A stretch of 64,000 nucleotides of DNA from Minisyncoccia bacterium (GCA_038219305.1 JBBRJM010000001.1:3887-67886), one strand, 5' to 3'. Counted from the first letter of the stretch, positions 9,519-19,789 are shown. Numbers and translations are program-made. Notes: a model not told the origin generated them from the letters alone.

Positions 9519-10413
9519 TATGATTCATACTTCTGTGCTTAAAAATGAATCAATCGACGGGCTTGATATAAAAGAAGGTGAAATTATTATAGACGGGACT
9601 CTGGGAGGCGGTGGACATACATATGAGATGATAAAGCGCCACGGATCAAGTGTTAAAATTATTGGACTTGATTTAGATAAAAAATCAATTCCACGAAGTC
9701 GTGAATTAATAGGTGATACAGACGCAGACGTCGTTTACAAAACAGCTGGATTCCAAGATATAGATGCCGTCTTAGACGAATTAGATTTAGTTCATGTAGA
9801 TAAAATTTTGCTTGACCTCGGAATTAGTTCCTTTCAATTAGAAGTTTCTGGCAGGGGATTTTCTTTTCAAAAAGATGAACCGCTCTTAATGACAATGAAA
9901 GATCATCCGGGTGAGGAAGATTTAACAGCAGAAGATATCGTCAATGTATGGGAAGAAGAAACATTAGCAGATATTATTTATGGTTTTGGTGAAGAAAAAT
10001 ATTCCAGACGTGTCGCTCGTGCAATTGTTGAAGCCCGGCGTGAAAAGCGGATTGAAACGACTTTTGATTTAGTCAAAATTATAGACAAAGCAATTGGGAG
10101 ATTTTATAAAGGCATGAGGATCAATCCGTCGACTAGAACATTCCAAGCATTACGTATAGCAACTAACAGTGAATTATTAAATTTAGAAAAAGTTATTGAG
10201 AAAGGTTTTAATAGGTTAAGCTCGGGTGGACGGATATCAATAATTACATTTCATAGTTTAGAAGATCGGATTGTCAAAAGAGCATTTTTAACATTAAAGA
10301 ATCAAGGAACAGCCGTCATTATTACTAAAAAACCAATTATACCTACTGATGAGGAAATCAAAGAAAACCCTCGTTCACGTAGTGCCAAATTGAGAATAAT
10401 TGAAAAAATATGA
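9505..10413 (+). CDS. rsmH: 16S rRNA (cytosine1402-N4)-methyltransferase RsmH (MraW)
   Basis: HxSVL N-terminus and SAM-binding DGTLGGGGH. Overlaps the mraZ stop. Confidence 0.85.
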   Translation: MAFFNMIHTSVLKNESIDGLDIKEGEIIIDGTLGGGGHTYEMIKRHGSSVKIIGLDLDKKSIPRSRELIGDTDADVVYKTAGFQDIDAVLDELDLVHVDKILLDLGISSFQLEVSGRGFSFQKDEPLLMTMKDHPGEEDLTAEDIVNVWEEETLADIIYGFGEEKYSRRVARAIVEARREKRIETTFDLVKIIDKAIGRFYKGMRINPSTRTFQALRIATNSELLNLEKVIEKGFNRLSSGGRISIITFHSLEDRIVKRAFLTLKNQGTAVIITKKPIIPTDEEIKENPRSRSAKLRIIEKI

Positions 10414-10733
10414 GTAAAACTAAAATAATAGCCAACAATATATCTGAGAGCAGTTACACGCAGAAATTTCTTTTTAGTATCCTGATTTGTGGGATTATTT
10501 TGATCGGTCTTATTTATGTTTACATAATTGGTTCTATTACTTTTAATGTTTTAGCTAGAAAATCTCTTGAATCTACAGTTAAAATTGCCAATAGTAATAT
10601 TAGTCAACTAGAATTGACATATTTAAATAAAGTTAACCAAATTGATAAAGAGTATGCACTCTCTCATGGTTTTGTTGAAATTCAAAATAATATTTTTGCT
10701 ACCAGATCTATTAATCGTGTTGCTATTCGCTAA
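10410..10733 (+). CDS. ftsL: FtsL-like cell-division protein (single TM, coiled coil)
   Basis: 107 aa with one TM. Lies between rsmH and ftsI with overlapping stop/start. The assignment is positional. Confidence 0.45.
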   Translation: MSKTKIIANNISESSYTQKFLFSILICGIILIGLIYVYIIGSITFNVLARKSLESTVKIANSNISQLELTYLNKVNQIDKEYALSHGFVEIQNNIFATRSINRVAIR

Positions 10734-12442
10734 TGAATCTTTTAACCTTTCAGTCTCGCATAAGAATTATTTCTGTGCTAATTTTTGGATTAGCATTTAT
10801 TCTTATTGTTAGACTTTTTTTTGTTCAGGTAATTAATACAAAGGTCTATACAGCTCGAGCAGATAAACAATATTCAACTCCAGCCTCAAATATTTTTAGT
10901 CGTGGTGCCATTTTTTTTTCTAAAAAAGATAATACTTTAGTAGCAGCTGCTAATGTCTTGTCTGGTTTTAAGTTAGCTGTAAATCCTAAATTAACTTTTG
11001 ATCGAGAAATAACTTATCAAGCTCTTTCACCATATTTAAAAATAGATCATCAAACATTTCTTTCGAAAGCTAATAAAAAGAATGATCCTTATGAAGAAGT
11101 AGCAGTTGAATTATCAAAAGAACAAATAACGGAAATTGAGAATTTAAAATTACCGGGAATTTCAATTTATAAAGATAATTGGCGATTTTATCCTGGTGGC
11201 ACAATGGCGGCTCACGCTCTTGGTTTTTTGGCTTATAAAGGTGACGATAAAGTTGGTCAATATGGACTTGAAAGAACTTATGATAAGATACTCTCTAAAT
11301 CAAAAGATCAATCTTATGTTAATTTTTTTGCCGAAGTTTTTTCAAATATTAAAGATACAATTTCAACTGAAAATGTTCAAGGTGAAATCATTACAACTAT
11401 TGAACCAGCTGTTCAACAAACTCTTGAATCAGAACTTTTGTTCACTTTTAATAAATGGAATGCTGATCAAGCTGGTGGAATAATCATTAATCCTCAAACT
11501 GGTGAAATATACGCTATGGTTGGATTGCCTAATTTTGATTTAAATAATTTTGGTAATGTTGAAAACTCTAGTGTTTATAGAAATACAATGGTAGAAGATG
11601 TTCTCGAATTTGGTTCAGTTATCAAACCACTTGTAATGGCTGGAGCTCTGGATGCTGGTGTTTTAAATGCAGAAACAACTTATACCGATAAAGGAGTTGT
11701 CACGGTTAATACTAAAGATATTTATAATTTCGATAAAAAAGCTAGAGGGTTAGCTACTATGCAAGATGTTCTCGATCAATCACTCAACACGGGAATGGTT
11801 TTTGTTGAATCTAAATTAGGCCATGATAAATTTAGATCCTATATGAAGTCGTATGGTATTGGTGAAAAAACAGGGATTGATCTACCTAATGAGACATCCG
11901 GACTGATTAAAAATTTAGATAGCCCGAGAGATATTGAATACGCTAATGCATCTTTTGGTCAAGGTATTGCTTTAACACCTATTGAAGCAGCTAGAGCATT
12001 TTCTGTTCTAGCTAATGGAGGAAAATTAATTACTCCTTATTTAGTAAAGGAAATAAAATATGAAAATGGCCAAACAAATCAAATAATGCATCCAATCGTC
12101 AAAGAAGGTATAATAAAAAAAGAGACTTCAGATGAAATATCAAGGATGCTGGTCCATGTCTTTGAGGCTTACGATAATGGATCCCACAAAGAAGAACATT
12201 ATAGTATTGCCACAAAGACTGGAACTGCCCAGGTAGCTATGGCTAATGGTAAAGGATATTATGCTGACCGTCACACCCACTCATTCTTTGGTTACTTTCC
12301 AGCTTATGATCCAAAATTTCTTGTTTTTATTTTTCTTAAGAATCCTAAGGAAGTTAAGTATGCTTCGCAGACACTCATTCCTTCATTCGTTAATATTAGC
12401 AAATTCCTTTTAAATTATTATAACGTTCCACCAGATAGATAA
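10733..12442 (+). CDS. ftsI: Class B penicillin-binding protein (FtsI/PBP3-like septal transpeptidase)
   Basis: N-terminal TM, SxxK (GSVIKP), SxN and KTGTA motifs. dcw context. Confidence 0.75.
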   Translation: MNLLTFQSRIRIISVLIFGLAFILIVRLFFVQVINTKVYTARADKQYSTPASNIFSRGAIFFSKKDNTLVAAANVLSGFKLAVNPKLTFDREITYQALSPYLKIDHQTFLSKANKKNDPYEEVAVELSKEQITEIENLKLPGISIYKDNWRFYPGGTMAAHALGFLAYKGDDKVGQYGLERTYDKILSKSKDQSYVNFFAEVFSNIKDTISTENVQGEIITTIEPAVQQTLESELLFTFNKWNADQAGGIIINPQTGEIYAMVGLPNFDLNNFGNVENSSVYRNTMVEDVLEFGSVIKPLVMAGALDAGVLNAETTYTDKGVVTVNTKDIYNFDKKARGLATMQDVLDQSLNTGMVFVESKLGHDKFRSYMKSYGIGEKTGIDLPNETSGLIKNLDSPRDIEYANASFGQGIALTPIEAARAFSVLANGGKLITPYLVKEIKYENGQTNQIMHPIVKEGIIKKETSDEISRMLVHVFEAYDNGSHKEEHYSIATKTGTAQVAMANGKGYYADRHTHSFFGYFPAYDPKFLVFIFLKNPKEVKYASQTLIPSFVNISKFLLNYYNVPPDR

Positions 12443-12445
12443 ATT

Positions 12446-13753
12446 ATGAATATAAAAAAAATATACAAAGCAGTGGTTGTGAAAATCATCACTTGGGAAG
12501 CTCAAATGATTTTGAAGCGTTATAAGCCGAAAGTCATTGCTATCACAGGTTCTGTCGGAAAAACATCCACAAAAGATGCAATATTTGTCGTTTTATCCAA
12601 ATTTAAAACTGTTCGAAAAAGTGAGAAAAGTTTTAATAGTGAGATAGGATTACCATTGACAATTTTAGGTTGTCCAAACGGATGGAGTAATCCCTTTACT
12701 TGGTTTGAAAATATAGCTCGGGGTTTTTGGTTAATTATTTGGAAAACTTCATACCCAGAATATTTAGTTTTGGAAGTCGGTGTTGGTAAACCAGGAGATA
12801 TTAAGAAAAATATTTTACCTTGGCTTAAGACAGATATTGTTGTAGTTACAAGGTTCCCAGATAAACCAGTCCACGTTGAATTTTTTGGTTCCGTTGAAAA
12901 AATTGTCGAAGAAAAAAGTTTTTTAATTAATACATTAAAAAAAGATGGAATTTTAATTTTAAATCATGATGATGAAAAAGTTTATTCTTTACACACGAAA
13001 TCAAATCAGAAAACTGTCTCCTATGGTTTCAATGAAAATGCGACATATCGGGCTTCTTATCCAATTTATTTAAATAAACCAAAAGATGGCTGGAATATTC
13101 CTGATGGTATAAATTTTAAATTAGTTAACGAAGGTCATACTTTTCCTGTTAATTTACCAAATATTATTAGTATGCAACATATTGGTCAAGCTCTTTCGGC
13201 TTTGGCTTGTGCAAAAGAAATTGGAGGTGATTTACTTCAAGCTATTAATTCAATCTCTTTGTATCGAACTCCACCAGGCCGTTTAACCTTGATAGAAGGA
13301 ATTAATAATTCAATCATAATCGATGATACATATAATTCTTCACCAGTTGCGATGGATGCGGCTCTTGAAGTTTTAAAAGATATGACGGCAAAACGAAAAA
13401 TTGCTGTTTTAGGTGATATGCTTGAGCTTGGTAAATATACAGCCGAAGAACATCATTTAGTTGGTGAAAAGACAGCTGATATTGCTGATATTATTGTGAC
13501 TGTCGGTTTGCGTTCTAAATCTATTGTTGAAGGAGCATTGTCTAAGAAATTTTCAAAGAAAAATCTCTATAGTTTTGACACCTCTTTAACGACCGCTAAA
13601 TTTTTAGAAGGTATTGTAGAAGCAGGAGATATTATTTTATTAAAAGGATCACAAGGAGTTCGCTTAGAGAGAGCTGTGGCGGCCATTATGGCTCATCCAA
13701 AAGACAAGAAACACTTACTCTGTCGTCAAGATAGAGAATGGCAGAATCGATGA
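12446..13753 (+). CDS. murF: UDP-N-acetylmuramoyl-tripeptide--D-alanyl-D-alanine ligase (MurF)
   Basis: Mur ligase P-loop ITGSVGKTSTKD and a MurF-type C-terminal domain. murE is not present between ftsI and murF. Confidence 0.7.
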   Translation: MNIKKIYKAVVVKIITWEAQMILKRYKPKVIAITGSVGKTSTKDAIFVVLSKFKTVRKSEKSFNSEIGLPLTILGCPNGWSNPFTWFENIARGFWLIIWKTSYPEYLVLEVGVGKPGDIKKNILPWLKTDIVVVTRFPDKPVHVEFFGSVEKIVEEKSFLINTLKKDGILILNHDDEKVYSLHTKSNQKTVSYGFNENATYRASYPIYLNKPKDGWNIPDGINFKLVNEGHTFPVNLPNIISMQHIGQALSALACAKEIGGDLLQAINSISLYRTPPGRLTLIEGINNSIIIDDTYNSSPVAMDAALEVLKDMTAKRKIAVLGDMLELGKYTAEEHHLVGEKTADIADIIVTVGLRSKSIVEGALSKKFSKKNLYSFDTSLTTAKFLEGIVEAGDIILLKGSQGVRLERAVAAIMAHPKDKKHLLCRQDREWQNR

Positions 13754-13938
13754 AAAATAATTTAAGTTAGCCAAATGTTGACTATCTATTGTAAAAATGT
13801 AAATATATAAATATGTTAAAGATTGTCGAAAATCAAAATATAAATAAAAGCTTCTGGGGAAATTTTTATTTCTATACTTTCACCTTGAAAGTTGATTTTT
13901 GATAATAATTTTTCCCCTCCAAAATAATTATTTTTAAA

Positions 13939-13973
13939 AACTAGCTTTCAAAAGAAAGCTAGTTTTGTTCTTT
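13939..13973 (+). terminator. Rho-independent terminator after murF
   Basis: aactagctttc-aaaa-gaaagctagtt hairpin plus ttgttcttt. Confidence 0.65.
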
Positions 13974-14037
13974 ATAAATTGTTCATTAAAAAAAACAATA
14001 ATTGTTTAATTTTAATTTAAGTATAGGAGGAAATATT

Positions 14038-14361
14038 ATGTTTTGTCTTACCGATTTAGATCAAGATTTTGATGTGAAGGCGTTAAAATACGCCAAGAAT
14101 TATCAATCAGACAGGTATCTGTTTCGATTACTGAATGCTGATAGACCAGAAGATCACTCTGCTAATGGGATTATTCGCGGTACTGATATGTTGCCGGTGG
14201 CAGTGAAATGTAACTGCGGCCGTGCTACCTATCATCCCTTATTAAACCCCCGTCGGGTTGATTGGCGACCGGAAGTTATAATTTTCGAGAGAAATCAGAA
14301 TTTAGTTAACGCTGATTTGATCGAAAAGAGGTTAAAAAAATTATGGATTAATGAACTATAA
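14038..14361 (+). CDS. Hypothetical protein with locally elevated GC. Probable start at 14038 (SD taggagga); ORF track start is 14002.
   Basis: Good RBS. GC-rich stretch containing a CNCGRATYHP motif. Flanked by terminators on both sides. Confidence 0.45.
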   Translation: MFCLTDLDQDFDVKALKYAKNYQSDRYLFRLLNADRPEDHSANGIIRGTDMLPVAVKCNCGRATYHPLLNPRRVDWRPEVIIFERNQNLVNADLIEKRLKKLWINEL

Positions 14362-14386
14362 TTGATTTATTCTCAAATTAAAAATC

Positions 14387-14416
14387 AAACCACCTCAAAA
14401 GGGTGGTTTCTTCTTT
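14387..14416 (+). terminator. Rho-independent terminator
   Basis: aaaccacc-tcaaaag-ggtggttt hairpin plus cttcttt. Confidence 0.65.
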
Positions 14417-14700
14417 ATAGAAATCTTGTTTTAGTTTTAAAAATTATATAAATTTCCATGTAAATAAAAATTTGCATGGATTTTTTTAAAAGATTTATAA
14501 TCGTAGGATCAAGTTCTTTTATCCGAAGTTTAGTTAAATATAAAGCGATACTCAAACTAGACTTTATCTATTTAAAAATAAGTGCAATATTAGTCATTAG
14601 ATTGGTTTATGCTTCGAATATCCTATTTGAAGCAAATTAATATTTTGACTGACAGATTTGTGATATAATATAGGTATTATTATTAATAATCGAAAATCAT

Positions 14701-15135
14701 ATGAAGAAAACCTTACTTATTATAATAATTATATTATTGGTTGGAATTGGCATTTACTATCTGGTTGGGACGATCAGCAAATACAAATTAAATCAAGAAA
14801 ATTCAAAGAGCGAGTCACCACTCATTAATATGAAAACATCTTTTCCAGTAGAAAAAGATTCTATTAAAAAACCAACTGATATGATCATCAGAATTAATGA
14901 TTCGTCTTTTATTCCAAGTATTTTAACAATTAGGCCTGGAACAAAAGTTACATGGGTGAATAATGAGTCTGTTACTCATACCGTTATTTCCGATGCCCCC
15001 GGTTTATTTGAGTCAGGAAATATTTTGCCTAGGCAGTCTTATTCCACTACATTTTTAGAATCAGGTACTATTTTGTATCACTGTAGCTTACATCCAAACA
15101 TGAAAGGACGAGTAATCGTCGTTGTTGAAAAATAA
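14701..15135 (+). CDS. Membrane-anchored cupredoxin (plastocyanin/azurin-like type-1 copper protein)
   Basis: N-terminal TM. Type-1 copper ligands: upstream His (VTHTV) and C-terminal HCSLHPNM (Cys-x2-His-x2-Met). Length 144 aa. Confidence 0.65.
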   Translation: MKKTLLIIIIILLVGIGIYYLVGTISKYKLNQENSKSESPLINMKTSFPVEKDSIKKPTDMIIRINDSSFIPSILTIRPGTKVTWVNNESVTHTVISDAPGLFESGNILPRQSYSTTFLESGTILYHCSLHPNMKGRVIVVVEK

Positions 15136-15178
15136 ATGAAGTAGAATAATAAGCCTTACTCCAAAAGTAACGCTTACT

Positions 15179-16546
15179 TTGATTATGTCCAAAATTAAAA
15201 ATTTTTGGTATAATGACAACATGAACATGAATTTCAAATTTAATTTACCTCCGGGTAATAGTTCTGGTAATAATGAGGCTAAGTCACATGCCTTTTCTTC
15301 AAAAGAAGAAGCGATAACAAATAAATTTATAGAATGGTTGATTAGAAGAGGAATTTCTCCTGATACTCTAACGACAGAAGAATCTATTAAAGATGCAATC
15401 ATAAAGAGTCATACAAATATCTCAAATCTTGCTCCAGAAAAAATTATTGCTGAATTAAAAAAATCCGGTCACATTAGCGTTTTAATGCAGCCAAAAATGG
15501 AAAAACCGCCAATCGCACAGATTCAAAATATCGGAACCGAACATATTTCATTAAAAGGTTTAACTACAGTTGCAAACGAAGAAATAGCTCAACATCTTGA
15601 AGATAATAAATTATTCTTGGAGAAGGATATTTTTAAAGATGATAAAGATTTAGATGAGGTTTTAGAGATCGCTGTTAACTTAAATAGAGAAAATCCTAAT
15701 GAAAAACTTGAATCTAAAGCCTACTATATGGAATTCGCTAAAGCTGGTTTAATCAAAGGGGGAGAAGCGGAAGTTGAAAAAGATTATTATGATTTAGAGA
15801 AAGCAAAAAGATTAATTAAGGAAAAAGAGGAATTACTTGATAAAAAAAAGTTAGATACTCTGGAGAAAAATAAAAAAGTTGCGACAATTGTTGAATGTGC
15901 CATTTCATATTGTGTTTTAAAACTCAAATGGTATGGTCAAAAAATAAGTATTGACCGAGCTCCAGAATTTGATGATATCAAAAGAGGAACAGATGATGTT
16001 TTTGAAATTAAAAATAATGAGGATGAGAGTTATTTTATGGGGCTTGGAATTGATGTAACTTACACTGGTTTAATGAGTGAAAAGTTTAAGAATAAGTTTT
16101 TTAAATTACTTGGATCAATCGCTGCGGGGTATAAAACTGAAATTAAGTATTTTAAAAATCATGATGGTAAAATGATGAAAGAGTTTGCTGTACCAAAAGT
16201 TGTTTTATTTTTTAATGTTAATGAAGTTCGCGAACTAGTTAGAATGATTAAAAATATTAACGATCCGAAAGCCTTAGAGGAATTTAAAAATAGTCCACTG
16301 AAAATAGCTGTTATGAATCAATTAATTATTCAATGTGAACTTTTGGCAGATTTTGCCGAAAAACATCACAATTCAATTTCCGGAAAATATACGGAAATTG
16401 TTTTATCGATAAAACAATTATCTCGGAAAGATCCAGCTATTAAAGCAATCCTAGACGCTCGTCACGAAGATGAAGTTTCTCACCATATCAAATATCTCAT
16501 TAAAGAATTTGAATATAAAGAAGAACAAGAAAATAAAATAAAATAA
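15179..16546 (+). CDS. Hypothetical acidic protein, predicted largely alpha-helical
   Basis: 455 aa, Glu/Lys-rich, no TM, no recognisable domain. Confidence 0.4.
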   Translation: MIMSKIKNFWYNDNMNMNFKFNLPPGNSSGNNEAKSHAFSSKEEAITNKFIEWLIRRGISPDTLTTEESIKDAIIKSHTNISNLAPEKIIAELKKSGHISVLMQPKMEKPPIAQIQNIGTEHISLKGLTTVANEEIAQHLEDNKLFLEKDIFKDDKDLDEVLEIAVNLNRENPNEKLESKAYYMEFAKAGLIKGGEAEVEKDYYDLEKAKRLIKEKEELLDKKKLDTLEKNKKVATIVECAISYCVLKLKWYGQKISIDRAPEFDDIKRGTDDVFEIKNNEDESYFMGLGIDVTYTGLMSEKFKNKFFKLLGSIAAGYKTEIKYFKNHDGKMMKEFAVPKVVLFFNVNEVRELVRMIKNINDPKALEEFKNSPLKIAVMNQLIIQCELLADFAEKHHNSISGKYTEIVLSIKQLSRKDPAIKAILDARHEDEVSHHIKYLIKEFEYKEEQENKIK

Positions 16547-16755
16547 AATGAATTCAGCTATTTAAGCCTCATTTTAATCATTATAGATTGTTAATTAAAA
16601 AGAATTATAAAAAGAAGATAAAAATGATTAACATTTCGACGCTCTATGATGTTTATTATTTAATATTAAAAACCATACCAAAAAATGGTACAATTTTAAT
16701 ATTATTGATATCTGACAATTAGAAAAAAACCACTTTTTTTATTTAGATTTTTTAT

Positions 16756-17949
16756 CTAGGATTTGGGAATTATAGAAGAGTGATCACTATTATTATCTTT
16801 ATTTATTTCTGGATTTGTCATTTCTTTATTTTCTGACTTAACATCTATTTTTATCGTCGGTTTAACACTTGGTTCTTTGTCTTTTGTCTCCTCATTAGTT
16901 TTTGGAGTTATTTCTATTGGAATAAGATCGCTTGGAGCTTTACTTAAAACATCGACATCGACAAGATTTTTTTCGGATTCAAGAATTGATTTCAATTCGC
17001 CTAATTTTTGGTAAATTTCATTATAAAGAGAAAAAGCTTCTTTTTTGTATCCTGACTCAAGCTTTTGATCAGCTTCCATAATTGATTGATTAATTGTGGA
17101 AAGTTTATCTTCAATTGTGGCTTTCTTTTCGTTTACTTCAAGAACTACCTCATTACTCTCATCTTTTTTATTGATATTATCAATATCTTGTAGAGAAGTA
17201 TTAATCTCTTTTTTTTGATCACTTATTGTTTGATCCAGTTTTGTTTGGTCCACATCATTTTGAATGGTTTCTGTTAAACCTGTCACAATTTCTTTGGTAG
17301 ATTTTAAACTATCTGTCACTTGAGCTGAGATTTCACTAGGTCCTCCCAGCTCTGATTTAAGGGTTTGAATTTTAGAAAGGACTAGACTATGAGCCTGGAG
17401 GATTGATTGGAGGTCGTTTGCAATTTTTAGTGAATTAGGAGTATTTGTTTCCTTAGCCAATTGTAAAATACCTTCATTGGCCCCTTTAACATTTTCAGAA
17501 ATTGATTTAATCAAGGTTGCTTTATCGCTTGGTTTGATCTCTTTTTTTTGACTGACTTTCGAATAGTCTCTGAGAGCTCGGTCTGCAAAGGCAATTCGTA
17601 AATTTGTTTTCTTCTGTGTATTTGAAGCAAGCAATATCTTTGTTGGTTCAATTAATTTTATGCGCATACCGTAGAGATAGTCATTAGGAAGAGATTGCTC
17701 AGCATTGACGGCAATTCCCGTGCCGAGAAAGAAAAGAAGGGCTATGACCGTGGGAACCAAGTGTTTTTTAATAAAGAATTTTAATTTAGATTGATATGGA
17801 GAAACAATTTTTATTGGGATAGTTTTAATTTCAGCCACCATTTCATTTGACATATATTTCAATATTTTTGTGCGGTGAAAAGCGCGCTCATCTATTGAGA
17901 GTTTTAATTTATTTTTTAATTGTTCGAATTTAAAATTATTATTTTCCAT
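16756..17949 (-). CDS. Putative anti-sigma factor: short cytoplasmic N-terminus, one TM, large extracytoplasmic coiled-coil domain
   Basis: Start overlaps the upstream ECF sigma gene by 11 nt. TM at LVPTVIALLFFLGTGIAV. Long Q/E/K-rich helical ectodomain. Confidence 0.45.
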   Translation of the reverse strand: MENNNFKFEQLKNKLKLSIDERAFHRTKILKYMSNEMVAEIKTIPIKIVSPYQSKLKFFIKKHLVPTVIALLFFLGTGIAVNAEQSLPNDYLYGMRIKLIEPTKILLASNTQKKTNLRIAFADRALRDYSKVSQKKEIKPSDKATLIKSISENVKGANEGILQLAKETNTPNSLKIANDLQSILQAHSLVLSKIQTLKSELGGPSEISAQVTDSLKSTKEIVTGLTETIQNDVDQTKLDQTISDQKKEINTSLQDIDNINKKDESNEVVLEVNEKKATIEDKLSTINQSIMEADQKLESGYKKEAFSLYNEIYQKLGELKSILESEKNLVDVDVLSKAPSDLIPIEITPKTNEETKDKEPSVKPTIKIDVKSENKEMTNPEINKDNNSDHSSIIPKS

Positions 17950-18490
17950 TTTGTTGATATAATTTTTTAAGCGAATTTTCTGCTCGACTAATTTTAACGG
18001 AAACAGTGTTTGGTAATTTGTTTAGAAACTTAGCAATTTCAGTCACTTTTAAGTCATCAATGTATCGAAGTGTTAGTAATTCTTGCTCCTCTTTATTTAG
18101 TAACTGTAATTTATCAAAAAGAATTCGCAGTTCAGTATTATCTTCTGGACTTTTCAATTTATCTTCTTTTGGATCAAAACCATTTGTCTCCATCATTTCA
18201 TCTAGCGAGTAAGCACGACTCCTCATAATTTCATTGACACAAATATTGTGAGCCACTTTATATAAGAAAGCTCGAATATTTATGATTGGATTATTGTCCT
18301 TGATTAGATATTCCCATGTCTTGGTGAAAGTCTCCTGCATTAATTCTTTAGCTTTCTCTCGATCATAGACGCGAAAGAGGCAATAACGAAAAATAGCATC
18401 GGAGTGCTTATCATAAGCTTGAATGAAAAATTGTTCATGATTTTTTAATGGATTCATATATAAGACATTTAACTTGCTAAAATATGACAC
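17939..18490 (-). CDS. ECF-type RNA polymerase sigma-70 factor
   Basis: Region 2 (FRYCLFRV...) and region 4 HTH (LTLRYIDDLKVTEIAKFL). 183 aa. Confidence 0.75.
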   Translation of the reverse strand: MSYFSKLNVLYMNPLKNHEQFFIQAYDKHSDAIFRYCLFRVYDREKAKELMQETFTKTWEYLIKDNNPIINIRAFLYKVAHNICVNEIMRSRAYSLDEMMETNGFDPKEDKLKSPEDNTELRILFDKLQLLNKEEQELLTLRYIDDLKVTEIAKFLNKLPNTVSVKISRAENSLKKLYQQNGK

Positions 18491-18792
18491 GGCCCTTTTT
18501 GTCTACTTATCTTAAGGAAAAAGTGTCACTTTTTCCTTATTCCAAGGTCTTATTTATGTCCTACTAAAGTCGATCGAAGAGATAGGATAAATATGTGTTA
18601 TTTTATGCCATTATTAGCTTATTAATTATATCTAAAATTGTTTAAATTAACTAGTTGTTTAAGTGAGAATATCTATTTAGGGCTAATTATAAGCCTCTAC
18701 CTTCGTTCTATAACTAATTCAAAATTAAGATAAGAATGATCGCCAGCTTGATTCTATCTAGAGCAGGCATCAATGACAATATTATTAGCAAG

Positions 18793-18830
18793 AAAAATCA
18801 CCCCAAAATTGAGGGTGATTTTTCTTATTT
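18793..18830. terminator. Bidirectional Rho-independent terminator
   Basis: aaaaatcaccc-caaaattga-gggtgattttt hairpin, flanked by A and T runs. Confidence 0.55.
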
Positions 18831-18968
18831 GGATACTAACTGTGTTTAACAAAATATGTAATTATATAATAATCCCAAAGAAATAGATTATTTCGATAAA
18901 ATAAGAATAATTAAATATCATGGGTAGGCTCTTTAAGTAGATTTAATTAACTGTGTTACTATAATCAT

Positions 18969-19223
18969 ATGAAAACTTTTAGTCAAAAAGTTTATGAAGT
19001 TGTTCGCAAAATTCCAAAAGGAATAGTTTTGACATATAAAGAGGTTGCCAAGCGTGCAGGTAATGAAAAGGCATCGCGAGCTGTTGGTAACATTTTGCAT
19101 AAAAATTTTGACAAAAATATACCTTGCCATCGAGTAATTCGTTCCGATGGAAAATCAGGTGGCTATAATAGAGGTAGTGAATTAAAAAAAGAAATTTTAA
19201 GGGAAGAGGGGATTTCGGTTTAA
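18969..19223 (+). CDS. Methylated-DNA--protein-cysteine methyltransferase, DNA-binding/active-site domain only (mini-MGMT, 84 aa)
   Basis: PCHRVI active-site motif and winged-helix region. No N-terminal domain. Confidence 0.65.
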   Translation: MKTFSQKVYEVVRKIPKGIVLTYKEVAKRAGNEKASRAVGNILHKNFDKNIPCHRVIRSDGKSGGYNRGSELKKEILREEGISV

Positions 19224-19393
19224 GTATAAATAAAGAACAAAAAAGAAACACTAATATATTTTTTTTGTCTTTATTTATAAAATTAATCGATTAATAGTGA
19301 ATATATCTTTTTGGAAAAACTTGCTAAAATATAAAATATGTTGTATTGTATTAGGGAATTTTCAAATTTAAATAAATAAGTAAATAAGTAAGT

Positions 19394-19789
19394 ATGTTAA
19401 AAATTTATTTTTGGATGAACCTAGCTAGTAAACTGGGTTTGAAGATCACAATCTATTTAGATAATAAGACTGTGACTGGGTATCTTGCAACAGCAAAAGA
19501 TCATGAAGGGAATTTTTATCTTTATGATAGTAAGGAAGAAGAAAACTCCATTTTGCTATTATCTCAGAAAACTGAGAAAGTGGCCCGAGTTTCCTTGTCG
19601 CCATTCAGATTAAAAAATGGTCATTATCGGAATAAGAATAATTTTTTTTCCGATTTATCAGTTTCTTCTTGTATTCCAATAGATGGAAATATTCCATACT
19701 TGGAAATTCCATTTCATAAAATCCTGAAAAGGAAAAATCCGATAATTAACGGATATCGGAGATCAAAAAAAAATGTAAAAAGAAAATAA
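19394..19789 (+). CDS. Hypothetical protein
   Basis: 131 aa, basic C-terminus, no recognisable motif. Confidence 0.35.
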   Translation: MLKIYFWMNLASKLGLKITIYLDNKTVTGYLATAKDHEGNFYLYDSKEEENSILLLSQKTEKVARVSLSPFRLKNGHYRNKNNFFSDLSVSSCIPIDGNIPYLEIPFHKILKRKNPIINGYRRSKKNVKRK

